64,000 nucleotides of DNA, from NCBI GenBank assembly GCA_964626665.1, contig CAZVGK010000007.1, positions 24,505-88,504 of the forward strand, written 5' to 3'. Below, piece by piece: positions 7,184 through 16,919 of the stretch. Numbering within the stretch: the first letter of the stretch is position 1; every line of letters begins with the position of its first letter. Made by a program: the position numbers and the translations under genes. The notes beneath the pieces were generated by a model. The model saw only the letters and a program-made list of their open reading frames with translations, had not been told where the DNA came from and searched no databases. This DNA comes from an uncultured Gemmatimonadota bacterium. Lineage in GTDB: Bacteria > SM23-81 > DAOVCL01.

Positions 7184-9292
7184 ATGAGGGGCAAAAAGCT
7201 TATATTCTCCATATTTACCCTAATCCTGATGTTCGGGCTCTGGACAGGCTGTGGGAAGAAGGAGGGCCTTAACCCCGTCCAGGAAACCACTGGCACAGTT
7301 TTCATAGATACCCTTTACGCTTCCTCTGATACCCTGCAGGCTGGCGATACCCTGCTCATCACCGCCAGGGTAGTGGATGAGGACAACCTGCCCCGGCAGG
7401 GGGAGACGGTCAATTTCACTACCTCCTATGGAACCATAAGCCCAGGCTCGGCTACCTCGGATAGCCAGGGAGGGGTTTGGACCAACCTCATTGCCCAAGC
7501 CGATACCGCCGATCATCTGGCCAGGGTAACGGCAACGGTCACATCAAGTGGGGACAGCATGGGGCTCACCATCCCCGTTAAAGGAAGAAGGGAGGTGACC
7601 CCAGGCGCACCCTTTAATATCAGCCTAAAGATAACCCCCACCTCCCCCCTGTTGGCCAATGGGGCGGACACGGCCACCGTTGTGGCCACTGTAACCGACA
7701 TCCAGGGTCAGCCTGTTCCTGATGGAACACCGGTCACCTTCGTTGCGGGGGAGAAATTTGTGGATATCAACGGCGATGGCTCCTTCACCTCAGGGGTGGA
7801 CTCCCTGGTCATTGATGCCAACGGCGATGGGGAGTGGAATGCAGTGGGGAGCATCCCCTCAACGGCAACCACCTCCGGTGGCCAGGCTACCGTCCACTAC
7901 ATCTCCGGAACAAGCCCTCAAGCGGTCTACATCAAAGCCACCGCGGGGGCCGCCCAGAGCGATGGAGTAATCACCCTCAAGCCCTTGAGGCAAATCTGGG
8001 GTATAGACATTGGGGTGGACAGATCCTTCATTCAGGTCAAGGGGACCGGAGGAAATGAGGTGTGCGAGATCACGGCAACCGGACTGGACATATTCAACAA
8101 TCCCGTCCCTCAGGGATTGGAGATCTCCTTCCGCATCCTCCAGGGGCCAGCGGGAGGCGAGAGCCTGGAGGACTCCGGCTACGGGCCGATAACGAAGCTA
8201 ACCGACTCCGGCGGCCAGGCCAAGGTTCATCTACACAGCGGCACCCTCTCGGGAACCGTGCAAATCGAAGCCTTCTCCGATGGGGTCTATTCCCAGGCAA
8301 CTCAGGTGACGATCTGCAGTGGTCCCCCTTATGTTATCTCCCTGAGCGCAGATCCGCTAAACATAAGGGGTTGGGACATAGATGATGTCCCTTCAAATGT
8401 TTTGGCAATAGTCAGCGACAGGTTTGGCAATCCAGTTCCAGACGGCACCGCAGTTTACTTCTCTACGGAGGAGGGGCAGGTAGAGACGAAGAACAGCGTT
8501 ACCACAAATGGAAAGACTGAAGTTACCTACATCAGTTCCACTGACCCTTGGGATGACGGCATAGCCTGGGTGGTGGGCTCCACCAGAACCACCGATCCCC
8601 AGACAAGAACCATCAAGGACAGCGTGGGAATTATCGTTTCCGGACCGCCGGTTACCATCAACTTTATCGGGTATCCCCCGAGCTTGGAAGCGGACGGAAA
8701 GGACAAGGGCAAGATATTTGTGGAGGTCTTAGATGTAAACGGCCACTATGTTGTAGGGGGGACCGAGGTTAAGTTCGAGACGACTCAGGGGACGATCAGC
8801 GGCTCGGCAACAACTGAGGATGGGGTGCATGCCAGCATAGCCGAGGCCGAGATAACCAGTGAGATATTGGATAAGGACTACTCACTCACTACCCCTGATG
8901 ATGGAATAGGAGCTGTTGCTGCTGTAACGGCAAGATCAGGGTTGCTCGGGGGGGCTAGTGCCACTGTAAACATCAACTTCCGCACTACCTCGGCCAGTTC
9001 AGAAAATTCCTCCATTGATATTCCCGCTACGGTGGATATTAGTTCTCAAAATGCCTTCTCGGTTAATATCGAGGACTACTATGGCAACCCCTTGGGGGGA
9101 CACCAATTAAATGTAAGCTCCCAAGGAGGAGGGTCAGTTGCTCCTCCTTCTGGGACAACAAATGAATATGGAGTGGCCTCCGGTTTCATCTTCACTGCTC
9201 CCCCTGATTCGGGGAAGGTCTCCATCATAGTGGAAGATGCTGATCCAGGCTATGGAGGGATTACCTTGAGCAAAACGGTTGAGGTCAAATGA
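7184..9292 (+). CDS. surface lipoprotein with tandem bacterial Ig-like (Big/invasin-type) domains
   Basis: Signal peptide plus lipobox (LWTGC). Repeated ~90-aa units with the pattern TATVTD..G.PV.DGT.V.F. RBS AGGAGGA. The start is chosen at the internal ATG 7184 rather than 7154. Confidence 0.7.
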   Translation: MRGKKLIFSIFTLILMFGLWTGCGKKEGLNPVQETTGTVFIDTLYASSDTLQAGDTLLITARVVDEDNLPRQGETVNFTTSYGTISPGSATSDSQGGVWTNLIAQADTADHLARVTATVTSSGDSMGLTIPVKGRREVTPGAPFNISLKITPTSPLLANGADTATVVATVTDIQGQPVPDGTPVTFVAGEKFVDINGDGSFTSGVDSLVIDANGDGEWNAVGSIPSTATTSGGQATVHYISGTSPQAVYIKATAGAAQSDGVITLKPLRQIWGIDIGVDRSFIQVKGTGGNEVCEITATGLDIFNNPVPQGLEISFRILQGPAGGESLEDSGYGPITKLTDSGGQAKVHLHSGTLSGTVQIEAFSDGVYSQATQVTICSGPPYVISLSADPLNIRGWDIDDVPSNVLAIVSDRFGNPVPDGTAVYFSTEEGQVETKNSVTTNGKTEVTYISSTDPWDDGIAWVVGSTRTTDPQTRTIKDSVGIIVSGPPVTINFIGYPPSLEADGKDKGKIFVEVLDVNGHYVVGGTEVKFETTQGTISGSATTEDGVHASIAEAEITSEILDKDYSLTTPDDGIGAVAAVTARSGLLGGASATVNINFRTTSASSENSSIDIPATVDISSQNAFSVNIEDYYGNPLGGHQLNVSSQGGGSVAPPSGTTNEYGVASGFIFTAPPDSGKVSIIVEDADPGYGGITLSKTVEVK

Positions 9293-9306
9293 GAAGGAGG
9301 GATGTT

Positions 9307-10077
9307 ATGGTCAAAAGGATAGCCGTTGGTGCCATTCTCTGTTTCCTCGTTTCTATCCCCAATATAAAGGAGAGCAGAGCCCAATCCTTGGGAAATGTGA
9401 TCGGGATAGAGGAGGCGAGGGGGGAAAGGGTAGCGGTTGAATATAACTATGTGGGAAGGATTGTGGAGGAGAGCGGGGCGACGTCGCCCAAGAAGTTTGA
9501 GATCGCCTCTCACCGCTTTTTCATCAAGGGAACCTATGGTCTATCCGATTATGCAGACTTTTTCCTGAAGCTGGGAGCGGCGAACCTTAAGGTCCCCTCC
9601 AAAGCCGCTGGTTTCAGTGATTTCCAGGGCGATACCCGCTTCGCCTATGGTGGGGGGATAAAAATTAAGCCCATAAAAATAGGGAGATCGAGGTTCCTCC
9701 TTATGGGCCTGGGGGTGGCCTTTACCTCCCAGGGCTCTGTCCAGAACAACCATTTTCGTATCAACAACAAATATGATTGGAGGGAATATCAGGCCGCCCT
9801 GGCCTTTGCCACTCAGATAAAGAAGGTTGACCTCTATCTGGGGTTGGAGAAAACCTGGCTTGATGGAAAGAAGGATTGGACCAAGTATCTAATCTCCTCC
9901 AACCAGTCGATGGCCAAAAGCAGCAATGACTTCTCCGACGACCAGCAATCCCTCCGTCCAGTCATCGGGCTGGATATCCAACTGCCCCAGGGTTATGCGC
10001 TATCCTTAGAGGCGGGAGGGGTGGGCAAGAACGAGATAACTCTGATGCTGGGCTTCAGTCAGAAATCATCAAGGTAA
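9307..10077 (+). CDS. secreted/outer-membrane beta-barrel-like protein (hypothetical)
   Basis: N-terminal signal peptide (IAVGAILCFLVSIPNIKESRAQ), an alternating hydrophobic pattern, and an AGGAGGG RBS before ATG 9307 (the ORF could also start at 9289). Confidence 0.55.
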   Translation: MVKRIAVGAILCFLVSIPNIKESRAQSLGNVIGIEEARGERVAVEYNYVGRIVEESGATSPKKFEIASHRFFIKGTYGLSDYADFFLKLGAANLKVPSKAAGFSDFQGDTRFAYGGGIKIKPIKIGRSRFLLMGLGVAFTSQGSVQNNHFRINNKYDWREYQAALAFATQIKKVDLYLGLEKTWLDGKKDWTKYLISSNQSMAKSSNDFSDDQQSLRPVIGLDIQLPQGYALSLEAGGVGKNEITLMLGFSQKSSR

Positions 10078-10114
10078 ATTCCCAACTACCAAGAACTGCT
10101 TAAAGGAGGTTTCT

Positions 10115-10411
10115 ATGACCGATCAACCGCCGAAATTCTTCAAGAACCCAGGAATTGCCACTGTTCTTTCCTTCTTCTATATGGGACTTGGTCAAATCTA
10201 TAACGGACAGATTGGCAAAGGGATTGGCTTCATCATCCTCTATGCGGCATCCATCGCCCTGATGTTTGTCATAGTTGGTTTCATCACCACGCCCCTACTC
10301 TGGATATGGGGGATGATTGATGCAAACAGATCAGCCAAGAAGATCAATGAGGAGTTAGCTGCGGGGTCACCACAAAATCAGACTCTAACCGAGGGCACAA
10401 ATAGCAGTTAA
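10115..10411 (+). CDS. small membrane protein (TM2-like, two transmembrane segments)
   Basis: 98-aa ORF with a GGAGG RBS and two hydrophobic helices. It is followed by a hairpin plus T-run terminator. Confidence 0.6.
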   Translation: MTDQPPKFFKNPGIATVLSFFYMGLGQIYNGQIGKGIGFIILYAASIALMFVIVGFITTPLLWIWGMIDANRSAKKINEELAAGSPQNQTLTEGTNSS

Positions 10412-10483
10412 CCCGGATTAGTCATAGGTCAGATGTTCTCATCCTCACCGACGGGCTATCAGGTGCCCAGACTTGAAGGCAAA

Positions 10484-10522
10484 CCAGGCGGCAGAACCGG
10501 AGTTCTGCCGCCTGGTTTTTTG
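10484..10522 (+). terminator. rho-independent terminator (ccaggcggcagaaccggagttctgccgcctgg + TTTTTTGT) built from a gcagaa..ttctgc family hairpin
   Basis: 12-bp perfect stem followed by a T-run, downstream of the small membrane protein gene. Confidence 0.6.
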
Positions 10523-10734
10523 TCTCCAAAGAAGTCCTCCAGCGTAGCGATAGAAAAGCCCGCCTTCCTTAACCACAGCAGGTCACACATCTTCTTACCC
10601 CCCTTACAGCTATATCATAGGGATTGGGTTGAGGCCCAAATCCATCGCCAACTCCCCAGAAATATCAGTGGACTCGGAAATTATCGGTTGACGGCCCCAC
10701 CCCTTTTTGCTAATTTAACCCCGAAAGGAGCAAA

Positions 10735-11700
10735 TTGCCGCGCATAAGAATAGGTGTAATTGGGGTTGGCCACTTAGGCAAGTATCATCTCCAGAGGCTT
10801 TTAGAGCTTCCCCTAGCCCAGGTGGTGGGCCTCTTTGATAAAGACCAGGCAAAGGGGGAAAGGGTAGCCAAAAGTCTGGGGGTGAGGGCCTGGCCCCACC
10901 TAAGTGACCTCCTCAAGGAGGCAGAGGCCGTAGTGGTTGCTGTCCCCACCAGCTCCCATTACGAGGTAGTTATAGAGGCCCTCTCTCAGGGGCTGGCGGT
11001 CCTGGTGGAGAAACCCCTTGCCGGTAGATTGGATGAGGGGGTGGAGATGGTGAAGATGGCCCAAAGCAAGGGGAAGGTCCTTCAGGTAGGACATATAGAG
11101 AGGTTCAACCCCGCCTTTACCTCGCTTAGGGGGTTGAAAATTGAGCCCCGGTTTATAGAGGCCCATAGGCTCTCCCCCTTCCACCCGCGGGGAATGGATG
11201 TGGCTGTGGTCTTGGACCTGATGATCCACGACCTGGACCTTGTCCTTGCCCTGGTCAACTCCCCTCTACAGTCCGTGGAGGCTATGGGGGTGGCTGTGGT
11301 CTCTGATCAGGAGGACATCACCAACGCCCGCCTTAGCTTTGAAAACGGCTGTGTGGCCAATCTCACGGCCAGCAGGATATCGGCCAAATCGATGCGCAAG
11401 CTGCGCATTTTCCAGAGGGATTCCTATCTCTCCCTCGATTTTATCCAGAAGAACACAGAGGTATACAGGCTTCTCCCCTCCTCAGGAGGGGTCAATGGCG
11501 AAAAGATATTTGACCTTGCTGGCCGGTACCTTATCCGCAAACTAATAACCGACAAGGGGGTTGATCCCCTCAAGGAGGAGCTCTCCTCATTCCTCTCGGC
11601 AATAGCAGGCCACCATCCTCCCCCTGTCTCTGGCCAGGAAGGGCTAAAGGCCCTAAGGTTGGCCCTGAGGGTGTTAGAGGCCATAAGATGCAGAACTTAG
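10735..11700 (+). CDS. Gfo/Idh/MocA-family NAD-dependent oxidoreductase (possible GnnA-like UDP-GlcNAc 3-dehydrogenase, by lipid A context)
   Basis: N-terminal Rossmann motif IGVIGVGHLGKYH. It lies immediately upstream of lpxB. Confidence 0.75.
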   Translation: MPRIRIGVIGVGHLGKYHLQRLLELPLAQVVGLFDKDQAKGERVAKSLGVRAWPHLSDLLKEAEAVVVAVPTSSHYEVVIEALSQGLAVLVEKPLAGRLDEGVEMVKMAQSKGKVLQVGHIERFNPAFTSLRGLKIEPRFIEAHRLSPFHPRGMDVAVVLDLMIHDLDLVLALVNSPLQSVEAMGVAVVSDQEDITNARLSFENGCVANLTASRISAKSMRKLRIFQRDSYLSLDFIQKNTEVYRLLPSSGGVNGEKIFDLAGRYLIRKLITDKGVDPLKEELSSFLSAIAGHHPPPVSGQEGLKALRLALRVLEAIRCRT

Positions 11701-11756
11701 CTCGCTTCGCTCGCAAAGTTCTCCATAGGGTCTCACGACCCTTCCCGACCTACAGT

Positions 11757-11815
11757 CGGGACTCGGATTGCCCATCTGTCACCCTTGAAGGGGGCTTACC
11801 CCCTTCAAACAACCC
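11757..11815. repeat. repeat containing hairpin gaagggggtaagcccccttc, shared with 57566-57620 and 19826-19858
   Basis: gtttgaagggggta(a/t)gcccccttcaagggtgacag..gcaatccgag occurs in both places. The spurious N-terminal extension of the lpxB ORF covers it. Confidence 0.6.
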
Positions 11816-11858
11816 CCAACCTATCGGAATTTCCAAGAAATCCCGATGGGTCAAGTTA

Positions 11859-12971
11859 ATGGTCCTGGCCGGTGAGGCTTCCGGGGACCTGCATGCCGCT
11901 GGCCTCATCCATCAACTAAAGAAGCTCCTCCCCTCAGTTACCTTCTTCGGAATGGGAGGGGCAAAGATGGAGGAGGAAGGGGTTGAACTTATCTACCACC
12001 TGCGAGATCTCTCCCTCATTGGGTTTACGGAACCATTGAGGAAGCTCCCCTTCTTTCGGCGGGCAATGGGGAAGATGACCAAGCTCCTCAAGGAGAGGGA
12101 GCCCGATCTGGTAATCCTGGTGGACTACCCTGGTTTCAACCTGAGATTTGCCCGCCAGGTAAAAAAGAGAGGGATTCCCCTTGTCTATTACATCTGCCCT
12201 CAGGTCTGGGCCTGGGGGAGATGGCGGATAAAGAAGATTGCTAAGCTGGTGGATAGGGCCATAGTCTTTTTCCCCTTTGAGCGTAATCTCTATCAACGGG
12301 CAAAGCTGAGGGCCGATTTTGTCGGCCATCCTCTGATAGAGATTATCAGGGAGGAGCAGAAGGGAGAGGTTTTTCGGCGGCAGATGGGGATAGAAAAGGG
12401 AGAAGAGGTTCTGGGCCTCTTTCCAGGAAGCAGGGAAGGTGAGGTAAGAAGAATCCTTCCCCTGATGCTGCAGGCTTACAGGTTGTTGGCAAAGAAGGTT
12501 AAGATGAGGGCCTTCTTGGCTCTCTCTCCAAATATCCCCCTTGATCTGGTCAAGGGTTATGAGGTGGAGATCCTCCAGGGGAGAAATTATGAGCTTATGG
12601 CTGGCTCATCTCTGGTCTTAGTGGCCTCAGGAACGGCAACCATAGAGGCCACCATCTTAGGGACGCCAATGCTAATCATCTACCGCATTTCCCCCCTCTC
12701 CTGGCTCTTAGGGAGGTTGCTGGTGAGGCTTCCCTATATAGGGATGGTCAACATATTGGCCGGGAAACAATTGGTCCCTGAGCTCATCCAGAGGAGGGCA
12801 AACCCCCCGCAGATAGCCGCTGCGGCCTGGAGATTGCTGAATGATGAGGGGAGAAGGGAGGAGATGAAGAGGGGATTAGAAAAGGTGAAAAGAGGGCTGG
12901 GAGAGCCAGGTGCCTACCTCAGAGCTGCCCAAATAGTGCACGAGGTCTTCAGGGGTGGCCGGCAAGCTTAG
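11859..12971 (+). CDS. lpxB: lipid-A-disaccharide synthase
   Basis: MVLAGEASGDLHAAGLIHQLKK is a typical LpxB N-terminus. The internal ATG at 11859 is chosen as the start. Confidence 0.85.
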   Translation: MVLAGEASGDLHAAGLIHQLKKLLPSVTFFGMGGAKMEEEGVELIYHLRDLSLIGFTEPLRKLPFFRRAMGKMTKLLKEREPDLVILVDYPGFNLRFARQVKKRGIPLVYYICPQVWAWGRWRIKKIAKLVDRAIVFFPFERNLYQRAKLRADFVGHPLIEIIREEQKGEVFRRQMGIEKGEEVLGLFPGSREGEVRRILPLMLQAYRLLAKKVKMRAFLALSPNIPLDLVKGYEVEILQGRNYELMAGSSLVLVASGTATIEATILGTPMLIIYRISPLSWLLGRLLVRLPYIGMVNILAGKQLVPELIQRRANPPQIAAAAWRLLNDEGRREEMKRGLEKVKRGLGEPGAYLRAAQIVHEVFRGGRQA

Positions 12972-13584
12972 CCTAAATCTGGCTGCCCTCTTGGGTCCTC
13001 CGCTTCTTTTGGCCTGGGGGAAGAGCCTGCGGATAAGATTTTTAAAAGAGAGATTAAAAAAGAGGAGGGTCATCTATGCCCTCTGGCATGGGAGAATGTT
13101 CATCCTCATCTATTTCTACCGAAACAGGGGGATAGATGTGCTGATTAGTCAACATTCAGATGGGGAGTTGGTAGCCAGGATGGTGCAGGGCTTAGGCTAT
13201 CTCCCGGTGAGGGGGTCAAGCACCAGGGGAGGACTGCAGGGGTTCTTTGCGCTATCCCAAGGGGCAAAGGGGAGAAGTTTGGCCATTACCCCAGATGGCC
13301 CGCGGGGACCAAAGGAGGTCGTGCAACCTGGGATCATCCTGCTGGCCCAAAGGACTGGCCTACCCATTGTCCCCTTAGGGGCATCCGCCCAGAATGGGGT
13401 GGTTCTTCCCAGTTGGGATAGCTTCCTCATTCCCCACCTCTTCTCCCGGGCAGTGGTCATTGAGGGTCCTCCCCTCCAAGTGGAGAGGGAGCTAAGGGAT
13501 GAAGGGCTGGAGGAGAGGAGAGGTGAGCTGGAGAGGAGGCTAAGGGTGGTTAACCGCCAGGCAGACGATTTCTTCTTAAGATGA
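12955..13584 (+). CDS. lysophospholipid acyltransferase-like / DUF374 protein commonly linked to lpxB-waaA
   Basis: 209-aa ORF translationally coupled between lpxB and waaA. Conserved gene order. Confidence 0.6.
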   Translation: MAGKLSLNLAALLGPPLLLAWGKSLRIRFLKERLKKRRVIYALWHGRMFILIYFYRNRGIDVLISQHSDGELVARMVQGLGYLPVRGSSTRGGLQGFFALSQGAKGRSLAITPDGPRGPKEVVQPGIILLAQRTGLPIVPLGASAQNGVVLPSWDSFLIPHLFSRAVVIEGPPLQVERELRDEGLEERRGELERRLRVVNRQADDFFLR

Positions 13585-14822
13585 GAGGCATATATACATT
13601 TACATTTTGGTTCGCTCTACTTAGCTTCCTCCCCATCCTTCTCCCCCTTTCCCTGCTCAAGGGGTATGGGATAAGGGAGAGGTTGGGGTTCCTCCCCCGG
13701 GGGATGAGGAGGGGCGGGATCTGGCTTCATGGGGCCTCCATTGGGGAGGTGAGCCTTCTGGTTCCTTTGGCCAGAGGGATAAGGGCTCAGACCCCCTTGC
13801 TTCCCCTTTTCCTCACGGCAACCACCCGCACCGGACTACAAAAGGCCCGCTCACTCCTCCCGGAAGCCACATCCTTCCTCCTCCCCCTGGACCTTCCCCC
13901 CCTAATGGCCAAACTGTTTAACTCTCTTAGACCAAAGGCCTTGATCATCGCGGAATCCGAGCTTTGGCCTAACCTCATATACCAAGCTAAACTGCACGGG
14001 TGTCCCCTTTTTTTAGTTAACGCGCGTATATCCTCTAAATATAAGCTCTTGAAGTCCCTTTTCCCCTACCTCTTTGGCTCATTCACCAGGATCTTCTGCC
14101 GAGAGGAGAAGGATAGGAGGAAATTTGAGAGCTTAGGGGTAAAGGGGGAGAGGTTGACCGTGGTCGGGGAACTTAAATTCAATCGCCCGCAAAAGTCCTC
14201 CCTATCCCCTAACCTCCGGGGAAACCTGGGGATTGGACCTGAGGAAAAGGTTTTGGTGGCTGGCTGCACCAGAAAGGGTGAGGAGGAGAGGGTTCTCCAG
14301 GCCTTCTCCCAGGTGGCTTCACCCCAGGTAACCCTCATCTTAGCCCCGCGGCATCTGAATAGGTTGGAGGAAGTGGAAAAGATCTTGCGGAAAGGGGGAT
14401 TTGATTATATCCGTCGCAGTCAGGCCTCCCAACGAGGAAAGGAGAGGGTTATCCTCCTGGATACCTATGGGGAACTTTCCTCCATCTATGCGCTCTGCTA
14501 CGCAGCATTTATCGGGGGGAGTTTGGAACCGCTGGGGGGACACAACCCCCTGGAGCCGGCTTTCTTTGGGGTTCCCGTTATCTTCGGCCCCTCTATGGAG
14601 GGTAACCCCGAGGGAGCAGAGGTCCTTTTAAAGGCCGGAGGAGGAATTAGGGTCGGGAATGAGGAGAAGCTAGCTCAGGTCTGGGGGAGGCTTCTCCAAA
14701 ATCCGCAGGAGAGGGAAGAGAGAGGGAAATCCGCCCTCAGGGCACTAGAGGAAAGGACGGGGAGAGCTGAGCGGGTAACTCAGGAAATCTTGAGGGAGAT
14801 AGGAGTTGCAGTCAAAGGTTAA
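13581..14822 (+). CDS. waaA: 3-deoxy-D-manno-octulosonic acid (Kdo) transferase
   Basis: GIWLHGASIGEV motif. 413 aa. Overlaps neighbours by 4 nt. Confidence 0.85.
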   Translation: MRGIYTFTFWFALLSFLPILLPLSLLKGYGIRERLGFLPRGMRRGGIWLHGASIGEVSLLVPLARGIRAQTPLLPLFLTATTRTGLQKARSLLPEATSFLLPLDLPPLMAKLFNSLRPKALIIAESELWPNLIYQAKLHGCPLFLVNARISSKYKLLKSLFPYLFGSFTRIFCREEKDRRKFESLGVKGERLTVVGELKFNRPQKSSLSPNLRGNLGIGPEEKVLVAGCTRKGEEERVLQAFSQVASPQVTLILAPRHLNRLEEVEKILRKGGFDYIRRSQASQRGKERVILLDTYGELSSIYALCYAAFIGGSLEPLGGHNPLEPAFFGVPVIFGPSMEGNPEGAEVLLKAGGGIRVGNEEKLAQVWGRLLQNPQEREERGKSALRALEERTGRAERVTQEILREIGVAVKG

Positions 14823-14823
14823 A

Positions 14824-15864
14824 ATGTCCCCCCTACCCCTTCTGGGCCTCCCCCTAGTTCCTTTCTACTTCTTGGGCTGGAGGTTGAGGTTGGCCCTCTA
14901 TCAAAGGAGGATTATCCCCAAAAGGAGGCTACTAGCCAAGGTCATCTCGGTGGGGAACCTCACCTTAGGGGGGAGCGGCAAAACCCCACTTGTCCTCTAC
15001 CTAAGCCAGGGGCTAGAGCAAAGAGGATACAATCCAGCAGTGCTCAGTCGCGGTTACGGCCGCAAGGGAAGGGAGCCTCTTCTAATGGAGAAGACAGGGG
15101 AGTTAAACCCGCAGGATGCGGGAGATGAACCCTTTCTTCTGGCTAAATATGGCATTCCGGTTCTGGTGGAAAAGGACAGATTCCACTCTGGAACGATGGC
15201 CCAGGCAAGGGGCTATTCCCCTCTAATCTTAGACGATGGCTATCAATATATAGGTCTTCACCGGGATGTGAATATTTTAATCATTGACTCCTCTAATCCC
15301 TGGGGCAACGGATTCCTCCTTCCCGCCGGCTCCTTGCGGGAACCCTTAAGTGAGGCGAAGAGGGCCGACATTATCATCATCAATAGGGCAGATCAGGCAG
15401 GTAACTTGACCTCTTTGAAGCGGAAGCTGAGGAACATCAAGGGAGATATCCCCCTCTTTGAGTCCCTCTATCTTCCTCACTCCCTCCATTGGCTGGGGGA
15501 AGATGAGGAGATCCCCCTAACGGAACTAAGGGGCAGAAGGGTTTATGCCCTCTCCGCCTTAGGGAATCCCACATCCTTTGAGAACGCCCTTGAGGGGCTG
15601 GGGGCAGTCTTAGTGGGTAAAAGGAGATTCCTTGACCATCACTTTTATAGCAAAGGGGATGTAGAGGAGGTGAGGAAGAGGGCAAAAAGGAAGGGAGCTG
15701 ACTGGCTGGTGACCACGGAGAAGGATGAGGTGAAACTCACTCATCTCCTCCCCGGTAATTTCCCCCTCCTCTCCCTGTGCATGCGGTTAACCATCAGGAA
15801 AGAGGAGGATTTTTGGCAGGCAATGGATGCCCTGTTAGCAGGAGGTTCTCTCCGAACAACTTAA
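14824..15864 (+). CDS. lpxK: tetraacyldisaccharide 4'-kinase
   Basis: P-loop VGNLTLGGSGKTP. The start is taken at ATG 14824 directly after the waaA stop. Confidence 0.85.
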   Translation: MSPLPLLGLPLVPFYFLGWRLRLALYQRRIIPKRRLLAKVISVGNLTLGGSGKTPLVLYLSQGLEQRGYNPAVLSRGYGRKGREPLLMEKTGELNPQDAGDEPFLLAKYGIPVLVEKDRFHSGTMAQARGYSPLILDDGYQYIGLHRDVNILIIDSSNPWGNGFLLPAGSLREPLSEAKRADIIIINRADQAGNLTSLKRKLRNIKGDIPLFESLYLPHSLHWLGEDEEIPLTELRGRRVYALSALGNPTSFENALEGLGAVLVGKRRFLDHHFYSKGDVEEVRKRAKRKGADWLVTTEKDEVKLTHLLPGNFPLLSLCMRLTIRKEEDFWQAMDALLAGGSLRTT

Positions 15865-15949
15865 CAGTTGTCGGGGATCAGTATACAGGGATCAGGGAAA
15901 ATACCTGACTGCTAACCACTGACTCCTGTGAGCTGCCTTAAGGGGAAAG

Positions 15950-16918
15950 ATGAGAGTGACAACATTACTCAATGATTTAAAAAAAGGGAAGATAGCCCCT
16001 TCCTACCTCTTCTTTGGGGAGGAAGAGTTCTTGCTTGAAGAGGCCATCGAGGCCCTTACCGAGAAGTTAATTGACCCTTCACTGCGACCTTTTAATCTCG
16101 ATCTAGCCTATGGAGACGAGGTTGATAGGGAGAAGCTCATCGACTCAGCCACTACCCTCCCTATGCTCTCGGGAAGGAGGCTCTTCCTGATTAGAAGGGC
16201 CAATCGACTCAACTTAGGGGTGAGAAATACGCTCCTCGAACTCCTGCAATCGCCACCTTCCACTACTTGTTTGGTGCTCATCGCCCCTCATACGGATCCG
16301 CGATCTGCTTTCATCAGGGATTTCTCTCAGGTATCCACCCCTGTTCAATTCTTCCCCTTAAGGGAGAGGGAGATCGGCCCCTGGATAATGAGAAGGGTAG
16401 GGAGATGGGGGAGACGGATAACAAAGGAAGCTTCCTATAGGCTTTGGCTTTTGGCCGGAGAGGACCTGATGGCCCTTTCCAACGAGCTGGAGAAGCTCTC
16501 CCTTTATGTCGGCCAGAGGGAGGAAATCGGCGAAGAGGATGTCCTCAAGCTATTCACCGGGGGGAAGACTTTCAACATCTTCAACCTGACCACTGCCTTG
16601 GGAAATGGGGAGCTGGGAAAGTCCTGGAGGATACTCGATGCCCTTCTAAGGGGTGGCGAATCTCCCGGAGGAATCCTATCGATGATAGCCAGGCACTTCA
16701 CTACCCTCTTGAAGATAAAATTAGGCGCCACCCAGAACTTGGGGGTCCATCCCTATTACCTCAAGGAATATGTCCATCAGGCCCAGGGATTTACGGCCCA
16801 AAGCTTAGAGAGAAAGTTAGAGCACATCCTCCGGGTAGAGGTGGAGATAAAGAGCGGTGGTTCCGAGCCAAGGTTGGCCCTGGAGTTCCTCACCTACAAG
16901 CTCTGCCGAGGTGAATAG
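15950..16918 (+). CDS. holA: DNA polymerase III delta subunit
   Basis: N-terminal SYLFFGEEEFLLEEA motif. 322 aa. Confidence 0.8.
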   Translation: MRVTTLLNDLKKGKIAPSYLFFGEEEFLLEEAIEALTEKLIDPSLRPFNLDLAYGDEVDREKLIDSATTLPMLSGRRLFLIRRANRLNLGVRNTLLELLQSPPSTTCLVLIAPHTDPRSAFIRDFSQVSTPVQFFPLREREIGPWIMRRVGRWGRRITKEASYRLWLLAGEDLMALSNELEKLSLYVGQREEIGEEDVLKLFTGGKTFNIFNLTTALGNGELGKSWRILDALLRGGESPGGILSMIARHFTTLLKIKLGATQNLGVHPYYLKEYVHQAQGFTAQSLERKLEHILRVEVEIKSGGSEPRLALEFLTYKLCRGE

Positions 16919-16919
16919 G

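Noticed and set aside
10433-10747. 104-aa ORF
   Set aside because: It lies over the terminator hairpin and repeat DNA between the membrane-protein gene and the oxidoreductase. No RBS and no recognisable protein features.
11688-11858. N-terminal 57-codon extension of the lpxB ORF
   Set aside because: It covers a dispersed repeat (gaagggggta.gcccccttc) also found at 57566-57620. A conserved LpxB N-terminus begins at the internal ATG 11859.
16444-16914. 156-aa ORF overlapping holA in another frame
   Set aside because: Entirely inside a well-supported gene. Its composition (Arg/Gly/Pro-rich) is typical of off-frame high-G+C translations.
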